A DNA stretch of 51,463 nucleotides from Folioceros fuciformis. Lineage: Eukaryota. Each line of letters starts with the position of its first letter. Within the stretch, counting starts at the first letter, position 1. Below, piece after piece: positions 1-10,071 of the stretch. The stretch lies in contig JBNGIO010006342.1 of assembly GCA_049999805.1 (NCBI GenBank), positions 227,778 through 279,240 of the forward strand. The letters are read 5' to 3'. Position numbers and translations under genes: made by a program. The notes under the pieces were generated by a model. It had not been told where the DNA came from. It ran no database searches and was given only the letters and a program-made list of their open reading frames with translations.

Positions 1-19
1 TTTAGGCTGTACCTACACC

Positions 20-1400
20 CTACTCATTTGAAGCTATGTGTCGAGTCCAAAGATGGCTTGCCAAGGTCCTACACAGGTTTTCACTTTCTGCATTCCTATT
101 ATTGATTGGAATCGTGTTGTATCCCTCATAACATTGTATGCTATCATCTACACGAGTTCCTGCAATGTCTTTTATCTCTATCAAAATGTTGTGCATATAG
201 CAACAACGCATAAGAAGAGCCACTAAATTGTGCATATCAGGCCTCCATATCGTTCTAGACAAAATTCTCCATGTGTTCTTTAGCCTTCCAAATTCACTTT
301 CGACCAATATGCGAGTTGATGAGTGTTTGAAGTTAAAGTAGCTCTTTTAGCTACTTATGCCTCTCCCGGGAAATGGTGTGACAAGCTATGGGAAGACCGG
401 ATACCCTGCATCCCCGACAATGTACATTGTCACATGCGGACCACAATAAGCTAATACACTCACTCCTTGAAGAACCTGGCCAGCCTTAGCTTTCTTATAG
501 AATCCAGAGTTTGAAAGGATCCTCACATCATTCACTGACCCAAGAAATCTAGCAAAGATGTCAGGAAACTTCATATCCATATCAACAATGGCTTGAATAT
601 AAACACTATAGTTATGATTTATGTGAAAATAATCTGGAGCCAAAGTTCTAGAGGAAGCTCAATAGAAACATGGGTAACATTAATAGCCCGGCTATAGTTA
701 AGTAGCTCTTGATGGCCTTTGACCTGTTCCATTGCTGGTGCTTGAGGCCAATAGGTATAGTGTTTTGCTGTTCGGTTGAGAGCTTTCACAAATTGCCATG
801 TCATTTTAGATGCCATGGATTGAGCCAAGCCAAATAACTCACCTATGGACTTGAAAGTATCTTCCGTTGCTAGCCTCCTCATTGCTAATGCCACTTGAGT
901 TTCAACCTGTAATTTCCTGTTGGGAATGCTTTGCAACGCTGTAGGTGTTTTCCCTTCCATGTTAGTACAGAGTAAGTCACATATGTGCATGAAAGTATTA
1001 GGAGACATTCAAAGGAATGCAGCAAAAAGTCCAGCATCACCAGTCATAGTGGCCAAAAAGTCCAAAAAGTCCAGCATCACCAGTCATAGTGGCCAAAAAG
1101 TCCAGCATCACCAGTCATAGTGGCCTCACTGTACAAATTGTACAGTGAGGCCATCTTTGTTTAATGTACCATTGTCGAGTAAGTCTCCTCCTTCGCGTCA
1201 AGCAAGAACCTTGTACAGCGGTCAACAAGAACATCATAAGCATATTGTCTACATTGTCCTCCTCCACTTGATATGCCTGTGACAGCGTTGAAGGCTTCGC
1301 CTTTTTTGCTCATGGTCTCTATTAGCACGTGGAAATTTGATGCAAGTATGACTACTAATGGAGTGGCCATAACTGAGCAAAATGCAGCAATTCGCATGTG
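20..1400 (-). mobile_element. Degenerate PIF/Harbinger transposase (HARBI1-like DDE nuclease) remnant
   Basis: Three broken ORFs (619-1008, 386-643, 20-307) carry Harbinger motifs in order: 'F.*MSPNTF..IC', 'QVALAMRRLAT..TF.SIGELFG', 'QAIVD....F.DIFARFLGSVNDVRIL', 'IVGDAGYP', 'VESEFGRLKNTWRIL', 'CCYMHN'. Stops and frameshifts separate them. The upstream limit is approximate. Confidence 0.85.
1023..1153. repeat. Three copies of a 31-bp tandem unit followed by a 33-bp near-perfect palindrome
   Basis: caaaaagtccagcatcaccagtcatagtggc at 1023, 1063 and 1094, with a 9-bp partial copy at 1054; then tggcctcactgtacaa-a-ttgtacagtgaggcca at 1121-1153. Confidence 0.9.
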
Positions 1401-2274
1401 CTTCTCTATGATGATGATTCAAGAAACCAGCAAACCTCAATGTCGGTTCTCTCACACTTGTGCTATCGGTGATGATATCAGGGTTGGCTCTCTCACGCTT
1501 GTCAAGCATGATCGTGTGTTGTCACTTAGATGCATACAAATAGTAATTAACTAATAATTAAGTGATGCTAATAAATAGCATTCGTGGTAATTAATAACTA
1601 TTTAGTTAAGATGATTAAAAAATAAAATATAAAGTCAATTAGATGGATACACAACTAGATGTGTGGATAGGGCGATAGCAAGTTTCAAGTAGCAAGCATA
1701 AAAGCCTAGCTCAGCGGGTGTTCGCACTAGCTATAAGCTAGTATTCGCTTGATTTCTGTTGAATAGGCTTTCTCTTGAGGGAGCATTCTCTTGAGTGCAT
1801 TCTCTTGGAAGTGCATTCTCTTGTTAGAAATCCGATTGAGGTGTGTGTGTGCAGTGTACAAGATCATGTGACTTGATCGAGGATTTGAGAAACAAAGTTC
1901 CAGCTCTGAGAAGTGTGGATGTAGGTCTAGGAGATTTTGTGGTGTTTGAAGGAAGCAAACGCTTCACTCTTTTAGAACTGTAGCACCCTCATGCGATGTT
2001 TAATGTGCGTGTAATGTGACTTGGTGTGAGTATTGTTAACTAAATGAACCATGGATGAGTGCAATGTTTAGTAGCACAACACGACACACTCGTGCTACTT
2101 AGACCTCTCAAGTTACTAGCTAGAACCCTCAAGCCAAGTCGAACCATGACCTACACCATGTTGGTCATTTTCAATGATGACTAGAACGTACAAGTCCAAA
2201 AAGCTTGTGTGAACGGAGGCTATTACTCATGGAAAGTCATTCATATGTTCATGTAAAATATGCCTCGTGGAAAG

Positions 2275-2498
2275 TGCCTCTAAGCAATGTTATTTGCCCT
2301 CACTTAGATTACATCATGGATATTAGCATCTTTGTCAATCATTGCATTTCCATGCCTTTAAGCAATGTTATTTGCTCTCACTTAGATTACATCATGGATA
2401 CTAGCATCTTTGTCAATCATTGCATTTCCATGCCTTTAAGCAATGTTATTGGCTCTCACTTAGATTACATCATTGATACTACCATCTCTGTCAATCAT
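2275..2498. repeat. 78-bp tandem repeat, about 2.9 copies, truncated by an assembly gap
   Basis: Unit tgcctYtaagcaatgttatt...gtcaatcattgcatttcca starts at 2275, 2353 and 2431; an N run follows at 2499-2508. Confidence 0.9.
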
Positions 2499-4460
2499 NN
2501 NNNNNNNNAATTTGTCAATTCTGCAAGGAATGTTGGTAGTTACTAGTAAAACTTTACTTAACGTTGTTCCTAAGCCCGAGTGCTCTCTTTGCTCTTTATT
2601 CCCCCATGACCAACCCCTTGCCCCTTCTATGCTCCCAAGTGCACCAACCCAAACCTAGGTCCCTGCCCTTCTCTTGATGATATTAGTTTTTTTTAGCATG
2701 AACTTGACACAAATACTATCTTCCTCTCAAAATTTGTNNNNNNNNNNTTTTAGCATGAACTTGACACAAATACTATCTTCCTCTCAAAATTTGTAATATA
2801 TGGTTTTGAGAAAAATGAAGTTTTTTCTTCACAAAAAAACGTGTTAAAAGCCTACACCATGCAGCAAGTTAAAGTTTTTGGTTGGTATAAGTCCCATATG
2901 AAGAAGGTAAATGTTTGCTTGATATAAGATATTTTTTTTAATGATTTAGAAGAATATGATACTTTGTTCATTTTAAAGTCCATGGTGCCACATTTATGGT
3001 TGTATATAATCATACAATACAAACTAGAAGATGAATCCCACTCAATACAAACAACGAAAAGATCCCAATCAGAAGAAAAAGCAAAAAGATCCCTGTCAAG
3101 TCCCATGTCTAACAAAGTCAAGTTATAACATACTAAAATTATCTATAGAGGATATGAGTCAAGTCCTATGTTCAACAAAGTCAAGTTATCACATAAAAAA
3201 GTTATCTATAAAGGATACGACACTTTGTTCGTTTCAAGAGTCCATAGTGTCATGTTTATGATTTATATAATAGTATAATACTAGCATCAAAAAGATCAAG
3301 ACACATTCCAATTCTATTTACAACATAGTCTCCTCTAGCGTATATCAGGTTCATTAAATGCTATCACCATACTTATGCGATACTAAGATAATGCATTATA
3401 ACCTAATAAATAAAAAATACCGAAATTTTCTGATTTAATGGTGTGACCGTACATGTGCATTATAATCTAATAAATGAAATACATCGAGTTTTTCTGATTC
3501 GGTTTTCCATTCCAATACCCCTGCCCTTTCAGAGAGGAGGAACGGCGACAACCTGCCGCCCCGAGGTTGTAGTGGTGGAATCTGTGGCCCCAATAGGTCT
3601 ACTACCCAGGAAGTAGGGCTTCAGAGCATTGACCGATACTGAGCTGTTTGGTGCCCGACAGTCATGCATGGTGAACTGACAAGTTACAATGATTCTTGTT
3701 CATCCTCGTAGAAAGCTTGAGAGGAAACTCAACGCGCACCGGCAGAGTAGAAAGCCCAAGGTATAGTGATGCTGGCAGGCATTGATGTCAGACTCTTCTC
3801 CCCAATGAAGACTATAGTCAACCAGTGTTGAGTGCGCAAACTCCACTCCTGGACGACGAGTAGTCCAGCTTGTCGGTTATTGGTGATGTCAGTACCAGGA
3901 TTGAAGGATTCTGGTGAAACACCTCTCAAAAATCGGTTGCATTTGGGAATCTTGAGCTGAGAAAATGCATCTTCCACAGGGGTGTAGGGCTGCCTAGCTA
4001 CGTGGTTACCTTGTAAACAGACTCCGATTTGCAGAACTCTCTGCGTGAGAAATGCTGGGTGTCAAGCTGCAGGCTGACGCTTGGGACAACATCAAGGTCC
4101 GTGGACGACCCCGGGTGTTTTGCAGGCTGAGTTTGGTGTCACAGGAAGCTGTGGTTAATTCATTTCAGGAAGCTAGAGCAGAATGTATGTCCGTTTTGCA
4201 GCCCCCCGAGTCTACGGCAGCGGTCCAAAAAATTCGTCCACATAGGGTTGAACTTTCGCATCACCGGCAGTGTGTGGCTAGATATGGCCAGGGAGCCACC
4301 ACTAGCTGGGAACACCTAATGATCACCTGTGCAAGCTTTGCAGTTTGCGACGGGTGATGGTTGGAGGCCGTCCGAGGAAACTTGCAGGGTCACCTGCAGA
4401 GGACACAGTGGGGTGAGGAATGCATGTACATGTGCTGGCATTCACTTCGCCGGCGACAGA

Positions 4461-6588
4461 TCAAAGGTCTGTACAAAGGAAATCTCTGTTCCTGACCGGC
4501 AATCTCGTTGTCGCTGAGCCGTACAACCGCGCTTTCGCATTCTTCGCCTGTTGGACGAGACAAGAACCCGACTCCAAGGTGAGAACCTGTTTAGTCGTGC
4601 ACTTTTGAACTCCAATAAAAGACTATGTTGTGGGCGGGAAAGAAGAAGAGACCTGCTCGTCCCAGTTGGTGCAGATAGTGATGAGAAGCAGGGAAATCAT
4701 CTGCGTGGCGACCCCGCCGAGCATCCCCATCCACAGCCCCTGCCCCAACATGAGGTTAGCATGAAGGGATCGACCAGTACAAGGGTAGATACAAGATAGG
4801 ACTGCACATGGCAGTGGAATCGAAAAGTGGTGCAGGATGTCTCACCCTTCCGTTGAGGTGGTACACAAACGCCAAAGTGATGGCAGCAGGCAGGCCCACA
4901 ACGTAGTACGCTCCCAGATTTGCAAAGGCCCCGATAGCCTGCAACCCGCTTCCCCTAGTCACCCCTGTAGGCCCACGGCATATCAAGTCTAGAGCGAGTT
5001 CCAGCACCAAATGAAAAGCACAAGTTTGAAGGTCTGAGAGCAGGGCAGCACCTGCACAGACAGCCTGGATGCCATCCATGATTGTCAAGGCTGCTAGAAA
5101 CGGCATCATGGTCGCTACATAGGCAACCACCTCCTCCTCGTTGCTGAACACCCAGCCCAAGACATTGCGGACCGAGAAGAGGGTAGCGGAAATCGTTATC
5201 GCAGATGCGCCTGCCAGCATCAAGGATATGACTACTGCAAACTTGGCTGCACTCGGACGTCCCGCTCCCAATTCATTTGAAATTCGCGTGCTGCAAAAGG
5301 TGGGGGACGGGTGGGGCCGGGTCGGCAGTGTCAAGTAACAGTCTGCCAGACTCAGAATGTAATCCGCGCAGCAACTCCTCTCACCTGGCGGATGTGCTGA
5401 GCCCACATGGAATCATATATACGAGGGTGACAGTGTTCATGCTATCATTGAGAGAAGCCGACGTTAATCACATTTGGTGTCATCAACACTGGAATGAACC
5501 ATCGACAAGCAGAGGACGATGTGAGGAGGACGAACCAAATAGAGAGAGCAGATAGCTCGAGCTGGGGGTTTGGCAACAGCCCTGATAGAATGACCAATAG
5601 CTCGAAAGACCACCATGACAAGCTGCCACAAACCACACCAAAATGGGCAAGCAAATTATTTTTAGCGCACAGTTACGAAGTTATGAATGCCGCACGTTTC
5701 CCACCTACCAGACCATCACAACAGATGGCACAGCCAGCTTGAAGAATCCACCAAAATCGTGTAGGGCATCTCTGGAAAATCCAGTCCAAGTCCTAGTGCA
5801 AGCGGGTGCAAATTTGATGTAGAGAGCGATGAGGAGGGCATTGATCCAGGTTGAAACGCAGGAAGCCACTGCTGCCCCCCGGTAGCCCACACCCAGTTTG
5901 AAAATCAAGAGCCAACAGAGAAGGACGTGCAGGGCCGTGGTGATAGCAGACGAAACCAGCATGGGAGTAACTATGCTCTGTGTCTGAAGGAATCTCTGCA
6001 TCGGCTGAATTCCTGCCCAGGCGTACAGAATAGGCACGAGCCATCGGGCGTACTCCCCAGCCTTGGCAGAGATTTCAGCATCCTGCCCCACCAGCCTCAG
6101 CAGCGAGCCCATGTTGATCCAAAGCAGAGTGACCACCAGGGCCGTGGCGAACAGCAACACCATCCCCCTTTGCATGAACACCCCAAGCATGCGGTACTGC
6201 TTGGCACCGTACGCCTGCCCGCACAGAGTCTCCAACGCGCTTGCCAGGCCGATCTGCAATGCCAGCGCCAATTTCAGGTTACCAGGCAGCCAGCAATCGA
6301 GCCGAAGAAAAAACGCAGCACCAGCACCCGTACCATGACGCTCAATCCTGAGACTGTCGCGAAGGACGTCGCAATGGAAGCGCTTGCAAGCGAGAGCTCG
6401 TCCAAGTGACCCACGAACATGACGGAAATGGTGGCAGGGGAGAACTGGCAAAAGTTGACGCCGATCATGGGAGCCGCCATGGCGAGCTGCCTCTTCACCT
6501 CCACCCACACAGGCGATGCAGCCTGGACCTCCACCTCCGTTCCTGAGCCCTCGGGCCGGAACAGCGGCGCTGCGAGCTCGTCCGCCAT
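4461..6588 (-). CDS. MATE/DTX-family efflux transporter
   Basis: GT-AG exons 6588-6334, 6253-5709, 5622-5536, 5441-5385, 5290-5052, 4964-4846, 4739-4653 and 4547-4461, including the 87/57/239/119/87-bp series familiar from plant MATEs. Motifs: 'SVMFVGHL', '[14 protein letters not shown]', 'RFLQTQS', 'CLSWWSFE', '[11 protein letters not shown]', '[12 protein letters not shown]', 'GLWMG'. An alternative last exon ending near 4316 is possible. Confidence 0.93.
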
Positions 6589-7387
6589 AGCCCGATTCGA
6601 ATCTCAGCTGGATGGAAGCTGCAGAAGCAGCAATGCTAGAGGCTTCGAGGAAGCATTTCCAGCTGCGCTACTAGAAATGCTTCGCGAGCCGCCTCTGGGA
6701 GGGAATACGATCGTCGCGTCGATGTCACTCGACCTTCGAAGTTTTTGCGACGCAAGGAGCCAAACAGACGCGACATAACACTAGGATACTCTTCGTTCTT
6801 TATGTCGCTTCACGCTACAGCGTCCTTGGCAGATAGACCCACTCCTGATTCTACGAGACCCTTGAAGACATTTTCTGGGCTAAATCTGTACTTTACAACT
6901 GTCCGCCGTTTTATTGTGCTATGCTTACATCGGTGGGAAGTTCTGTGCAGGCCACGGCATCAACATTTTTCAGCCACCAGTCCACTCTTGCTTGTTCGAT
7001 AAGTTATCACGGTGGGATTTGTCTGGTGACTTGGTAACGAGTGACAAAATGCTATCCTGTTATTTCACCATTTCTTTTGATGGGCAGGTTCTATCAAGAC
7101 CTGTGTCAGTGCTTTGGTACTCGTCACCTCGTTGCCTCACTCCAGCTTCTGTGGCCCTTCAGCTCCTCACAGCTCCAGTTCTCCTGCACTTGTTACAATC
7201 CCTGCCTTCACTGCCAATCAGGGCTGCCGACAAGCAGTCGTTCCCTCTACAGACTGCCTCAAATGTACTTCAACTTCGCGGCATTCACTTCTGTTTTCAT
7301 CGGGCATATGCAGATTTGGCAGTCTTGCTTGGCTTCATAGCCACATTTCGCTCGAATCACTCAAAGAAACATGCATCATCGGGGCCC

Positions 7388-9571
7388 TCAACATGCCCAG
7401 AAGGTGTGCACCCGTCCCTCCAAGTCAGCCCAACAGCTATGGCCCGGCGGCTTCCATGCCCCATTTCTCTTCCGCTCCACATGCATCTCCTGCGCCTCCT
7501 CCCACATCTGGGAGGCAGCATATATATTGGACATCAACACGTATGATGTCGAGTCTTTGCTATTGAGTTTGGTTGCGTCATCGAAAGCAAGCCGTCCCAC
7601 CTGCTTGTCTCTCCACTTTTGACAAGCACCCAAGAGGGTGGACCAGACTGCAGCATCAGGCTGTACATGCATTGTCCTGGCCACTTCCAGAGCCTCGTCC
7701 ACTTGTCCTGCCCGACCCAGGAGGTCCACCATGCATGTGTAGTGCTCTACAGTGGGAGTCAGGCCATAGTTCTTGCTCATAGCATTGAAGTACTCCCGCC
7801 CCCTGTCTACTAGACCCACATGGCTGCATGCCGTTAACAAACTGAGGAACACAACGCTGTCTGGCTGCGTACCGGTCTCTTTCATTCTGTCAAACAAGCC
7901 ACAGACTGCTTCATTGTCTCCTTGGCGGGCGTATCCTGCAATCAGTGCATTCCATGTGAAAACATCTGGTTTAGGCAAGGCATCGAACACCTGCTGTGCG
8001 TCCACCATGCTCCCCGATTTGGCGTACATGTCTATCAAACTGGTTCCTACAGTCACATCTGTTTCAAGCCCCTGGTTTTTTATTTGTTCATGAAGCTGCC
8101 GTCCCACATTCAGAGCTGCCACACTTCCACATGCCTGCAGGAGGCACAAGAATGTGACAGAGTCGGGTGCCGCAATGCCTTCTTGTTGCATACTTCTGTA
8201 TAGGTGAAGGGCTTCCCGACCCATGTTCTGCTGGGAGTATCCTGCTATCAGAGAGGTCCATGCCACCGCATCCTTCCGAGGCCCCAGTCGTTCAAACACT
8301 CTGCGAGCATCCTCTAGGCTGCCACACTTTACATACATGTTTATCAAGCTGTTGACTACAGAGTCAAGAGCTTGAAGCCCTTGTTCTACAATCTGCGCGT
8401 GAAACTGCTTCCCCTTCTCAAGGGCCGGGGTGCCAACACTTGCACACGCCTGCAGGAGGCACACAAATGTCACAGAATCTGGTGCAATGATTCTTTCCTG
8501 CTGCATACGGCTGTAAGAACAAAAAGCTTCCTCAGCCATGCCCTGCTGAGAATATCCAGCTATCATGGAGTTCCATGTCACCACATTTTTATGCCCAAGG
8601 GCATCAAACACTCTCTTGGCATCCTCCAAGCTGCCACACTTGGCATACATGTCCACCAGGCTAGTACAAACGAAGGAATCAAGCCCAACTCCACTGGCCA
8701 ACACATAGGCATGCACCTCCTGTCCAGTTTCCAGGTCTGCTTCCCTTGCGCAGGCCTGCAGAGTTGCGACAAACACATGCCCACTTGGCTTCACACCAGA
8801 CCTGCACATCTGCCGATACAGCTCTATTGCCTGCTTGGGTTGACCGTGCCTAACATGTGCCGAAATGATAGCAGACCAGGTGAAGACATCCGGTTGTGCA
8901 ACCACGCTGAACACATCCATCGCTTCTTGCAACCTGGCATGAGAAGCATACATCCGCAGGAGGTGGTTGCACAAGCATGCATCTGACTCGTACCCCCTCT
9001 CCAAGGCAAGTGCATGAACTCGGCGGCCCAGAACAAGCTCCTCGTCACCCACACATCGCTTCAGCACAGCACAAAAGAGAGAAATGGAAACTCGATAGCC
9101 TGTGCGCAGCCGACCTTCCAGAACCTCAACAGCCTCAGCGACCCGTCCCTGCTCACATAGTTCCATTCCCATTTCGGCCATCAAGCCCGACCGCCTGCCA
9201 CAGCCATCATCAATCGGCGACCTCGACGGACGACGACCCATCTCCATCTCCATCTCCATATCCAGAGCAGCCAGCTGCTCATCCACCCAAGCTGGCTTGT
9301 GCAAGCTGTTTAACCAGAGGACCTCGTGGGAATTCTTGCGCCGGAAGTCAGGCGAGCGGGAACTCTTTTTGAGCTCCCTGTTATCCCACCACAGAGTATG
9401 TTCCATGAAGAACTGCCGCCACAAGAGCTCCTGCCTACGACCCTCGACGGAACCACCTCCCAAAACCAAACATTTTCCTCCACCTCCTGCCTCGCTTGCA
9501 AAAATGCGGCACCTCGCATCTCTACCCGCCGGGCCACGGGAGGGCAGTCCTGCCCCCACCATCATCTCCAT
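7388..9571 (-). CDS. Intronless PLS-class PPR protein (about 15 motifs + E1/E2 + PG box, no DYW deaminase) with an N-terminal OSB-type PDF motif
   Basis: Repeated P ('VTWNSMIAGY'), L ('TFVCLLQAC') and S ('SLVDMYAKCGSLEDA') motifs; L2 'LLTACSHVGLVD'; S2 'EHYTCMVDLLGRAG'; E1 'VWSTLLGAC'; E2 'YVLMSNIY'; ends 'KPPGHSCWADLEGRVHTFWAC*'. Residues about 48-104 read 'ELLWRQFF..HTLWWDNR..K..RSPDFRRK...EVLWL....PAWV..QL'. Confidence 0.95.
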   Translation of the reverse strand: MEMMVGAGLPSRGPAGRDARCRIFASEAGGGGKCLVLGGGSVEGRRQELLWRQFFMEHTLWWDNRELKKSSRSPDFRRKNSHEVLWLNSLHKPAWVDEQLAALDMEMEMEMGRRPSRSPIDDGCGRRSGLMAEMGMELCEQGRVAEAVEVLEGRLRTGYRVSISLFCAVLKRCVGDEELVLGRRVHALALERGYESDACLCNHLLRMYASHARLQEAMDVFSVVAQPDVFTWSAIISAHVRHGQPKQAIELYRQMCRSGVKPSGHVFVATLQACAREADLETGQEVHAYVLASGVGLDSFVCTSLVDMYAKCGSLEDAKRVFDALGHKNVVTWNSMIAGYSQQGMAEEAFCSYSRMQQERIIAPDSVTFVCLLQACASVGTPALEKGKQFHAQIVEQGLQALDSVVNSLINMYVKCGSLEDARRVFERLGPRKDAVAWTSLIAGYSQQNMGREALHLYRSMQQEGIAAPDSVTFLCLLQACGSVAALNVGRQLHEQIKNQGLETDVTVGTSLIDMYAKSGSMVDAQQVFDALPKPDVFTWNALIAGYARQGDNEAVCGLFDRMKETGTQPDSVVFLSLLTACSHVGLVDRGREYFNAMSKNYGLTPTVEHYTCMVDLLGRAGQVDEALEVARTMHVQPDAAVWSTLLGACQKWRDKQVGRLAFDDATKLNSKDSTSYVLMSNIYAASQMWEEAQEMHVERKRNGAWKPPGHSCWADLEGRVHTFWAC

Positions 9572-10071
9572 CCCTTCCTGTCGGGCATCCCGAATCTCTG
9601 ATGAATCCGAGTACCATCGATTTCCACCATGAGGGGAGGGGAGTGGAAACCCACCACGAGAAAACCAATACTGTTACTACGTTCAACCAGATGCCATGGT
9701 GAGGTAGAGGCTGAAGAAGGCAGTCTGCGTGGTGCTCATCTCCATTTCTCCACAAGACAGTCCGCGCCAGAGGCGCTTCCTGACGAAGCAAAAACTCTAC
9801 ACTTCTCGATAGGACAGACTGTGTAAGGCAATCCGGTTGCTTCGAGAGATGGATAAAACTAGGCTTCAGTTTCGTTGCATCCAGTTTACACACTTCACAG
9901 GACGGCAGATGCCGACAAGCACACATCATAAGGTATAAGAACGGCTGTCGCTCATCGTGAAATGAAGTTCCGCGAGTCCTCGGCCGTAAGGTAGTTACGT
10001 TCTACAAAATAAGCTGGGAAGCGATGTACAGATTTGCAGGCAGAAGAGGCTACCGCGGGGGGAGAGCGTTC

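Noticed and set aside
2690-2794. About 47-bp direct repeat around 2738-2747
   Set aside because: The copies flank a 10-N gap, typical of an unmerged contig overlap.
3097-3500. Two-copy ~63-65 bp duplications in AT-rich DNA
   Set aside because: Ordinary degenerate tandem duplications in TE-like sequence with nothing further to support a function.
6914-7387. Frameshifted DYW deaminase downstream of the PPR stop
   Set aside because: No HSE, CxxC or terminal DYW-like motif was seen in the minus-strand frames read.
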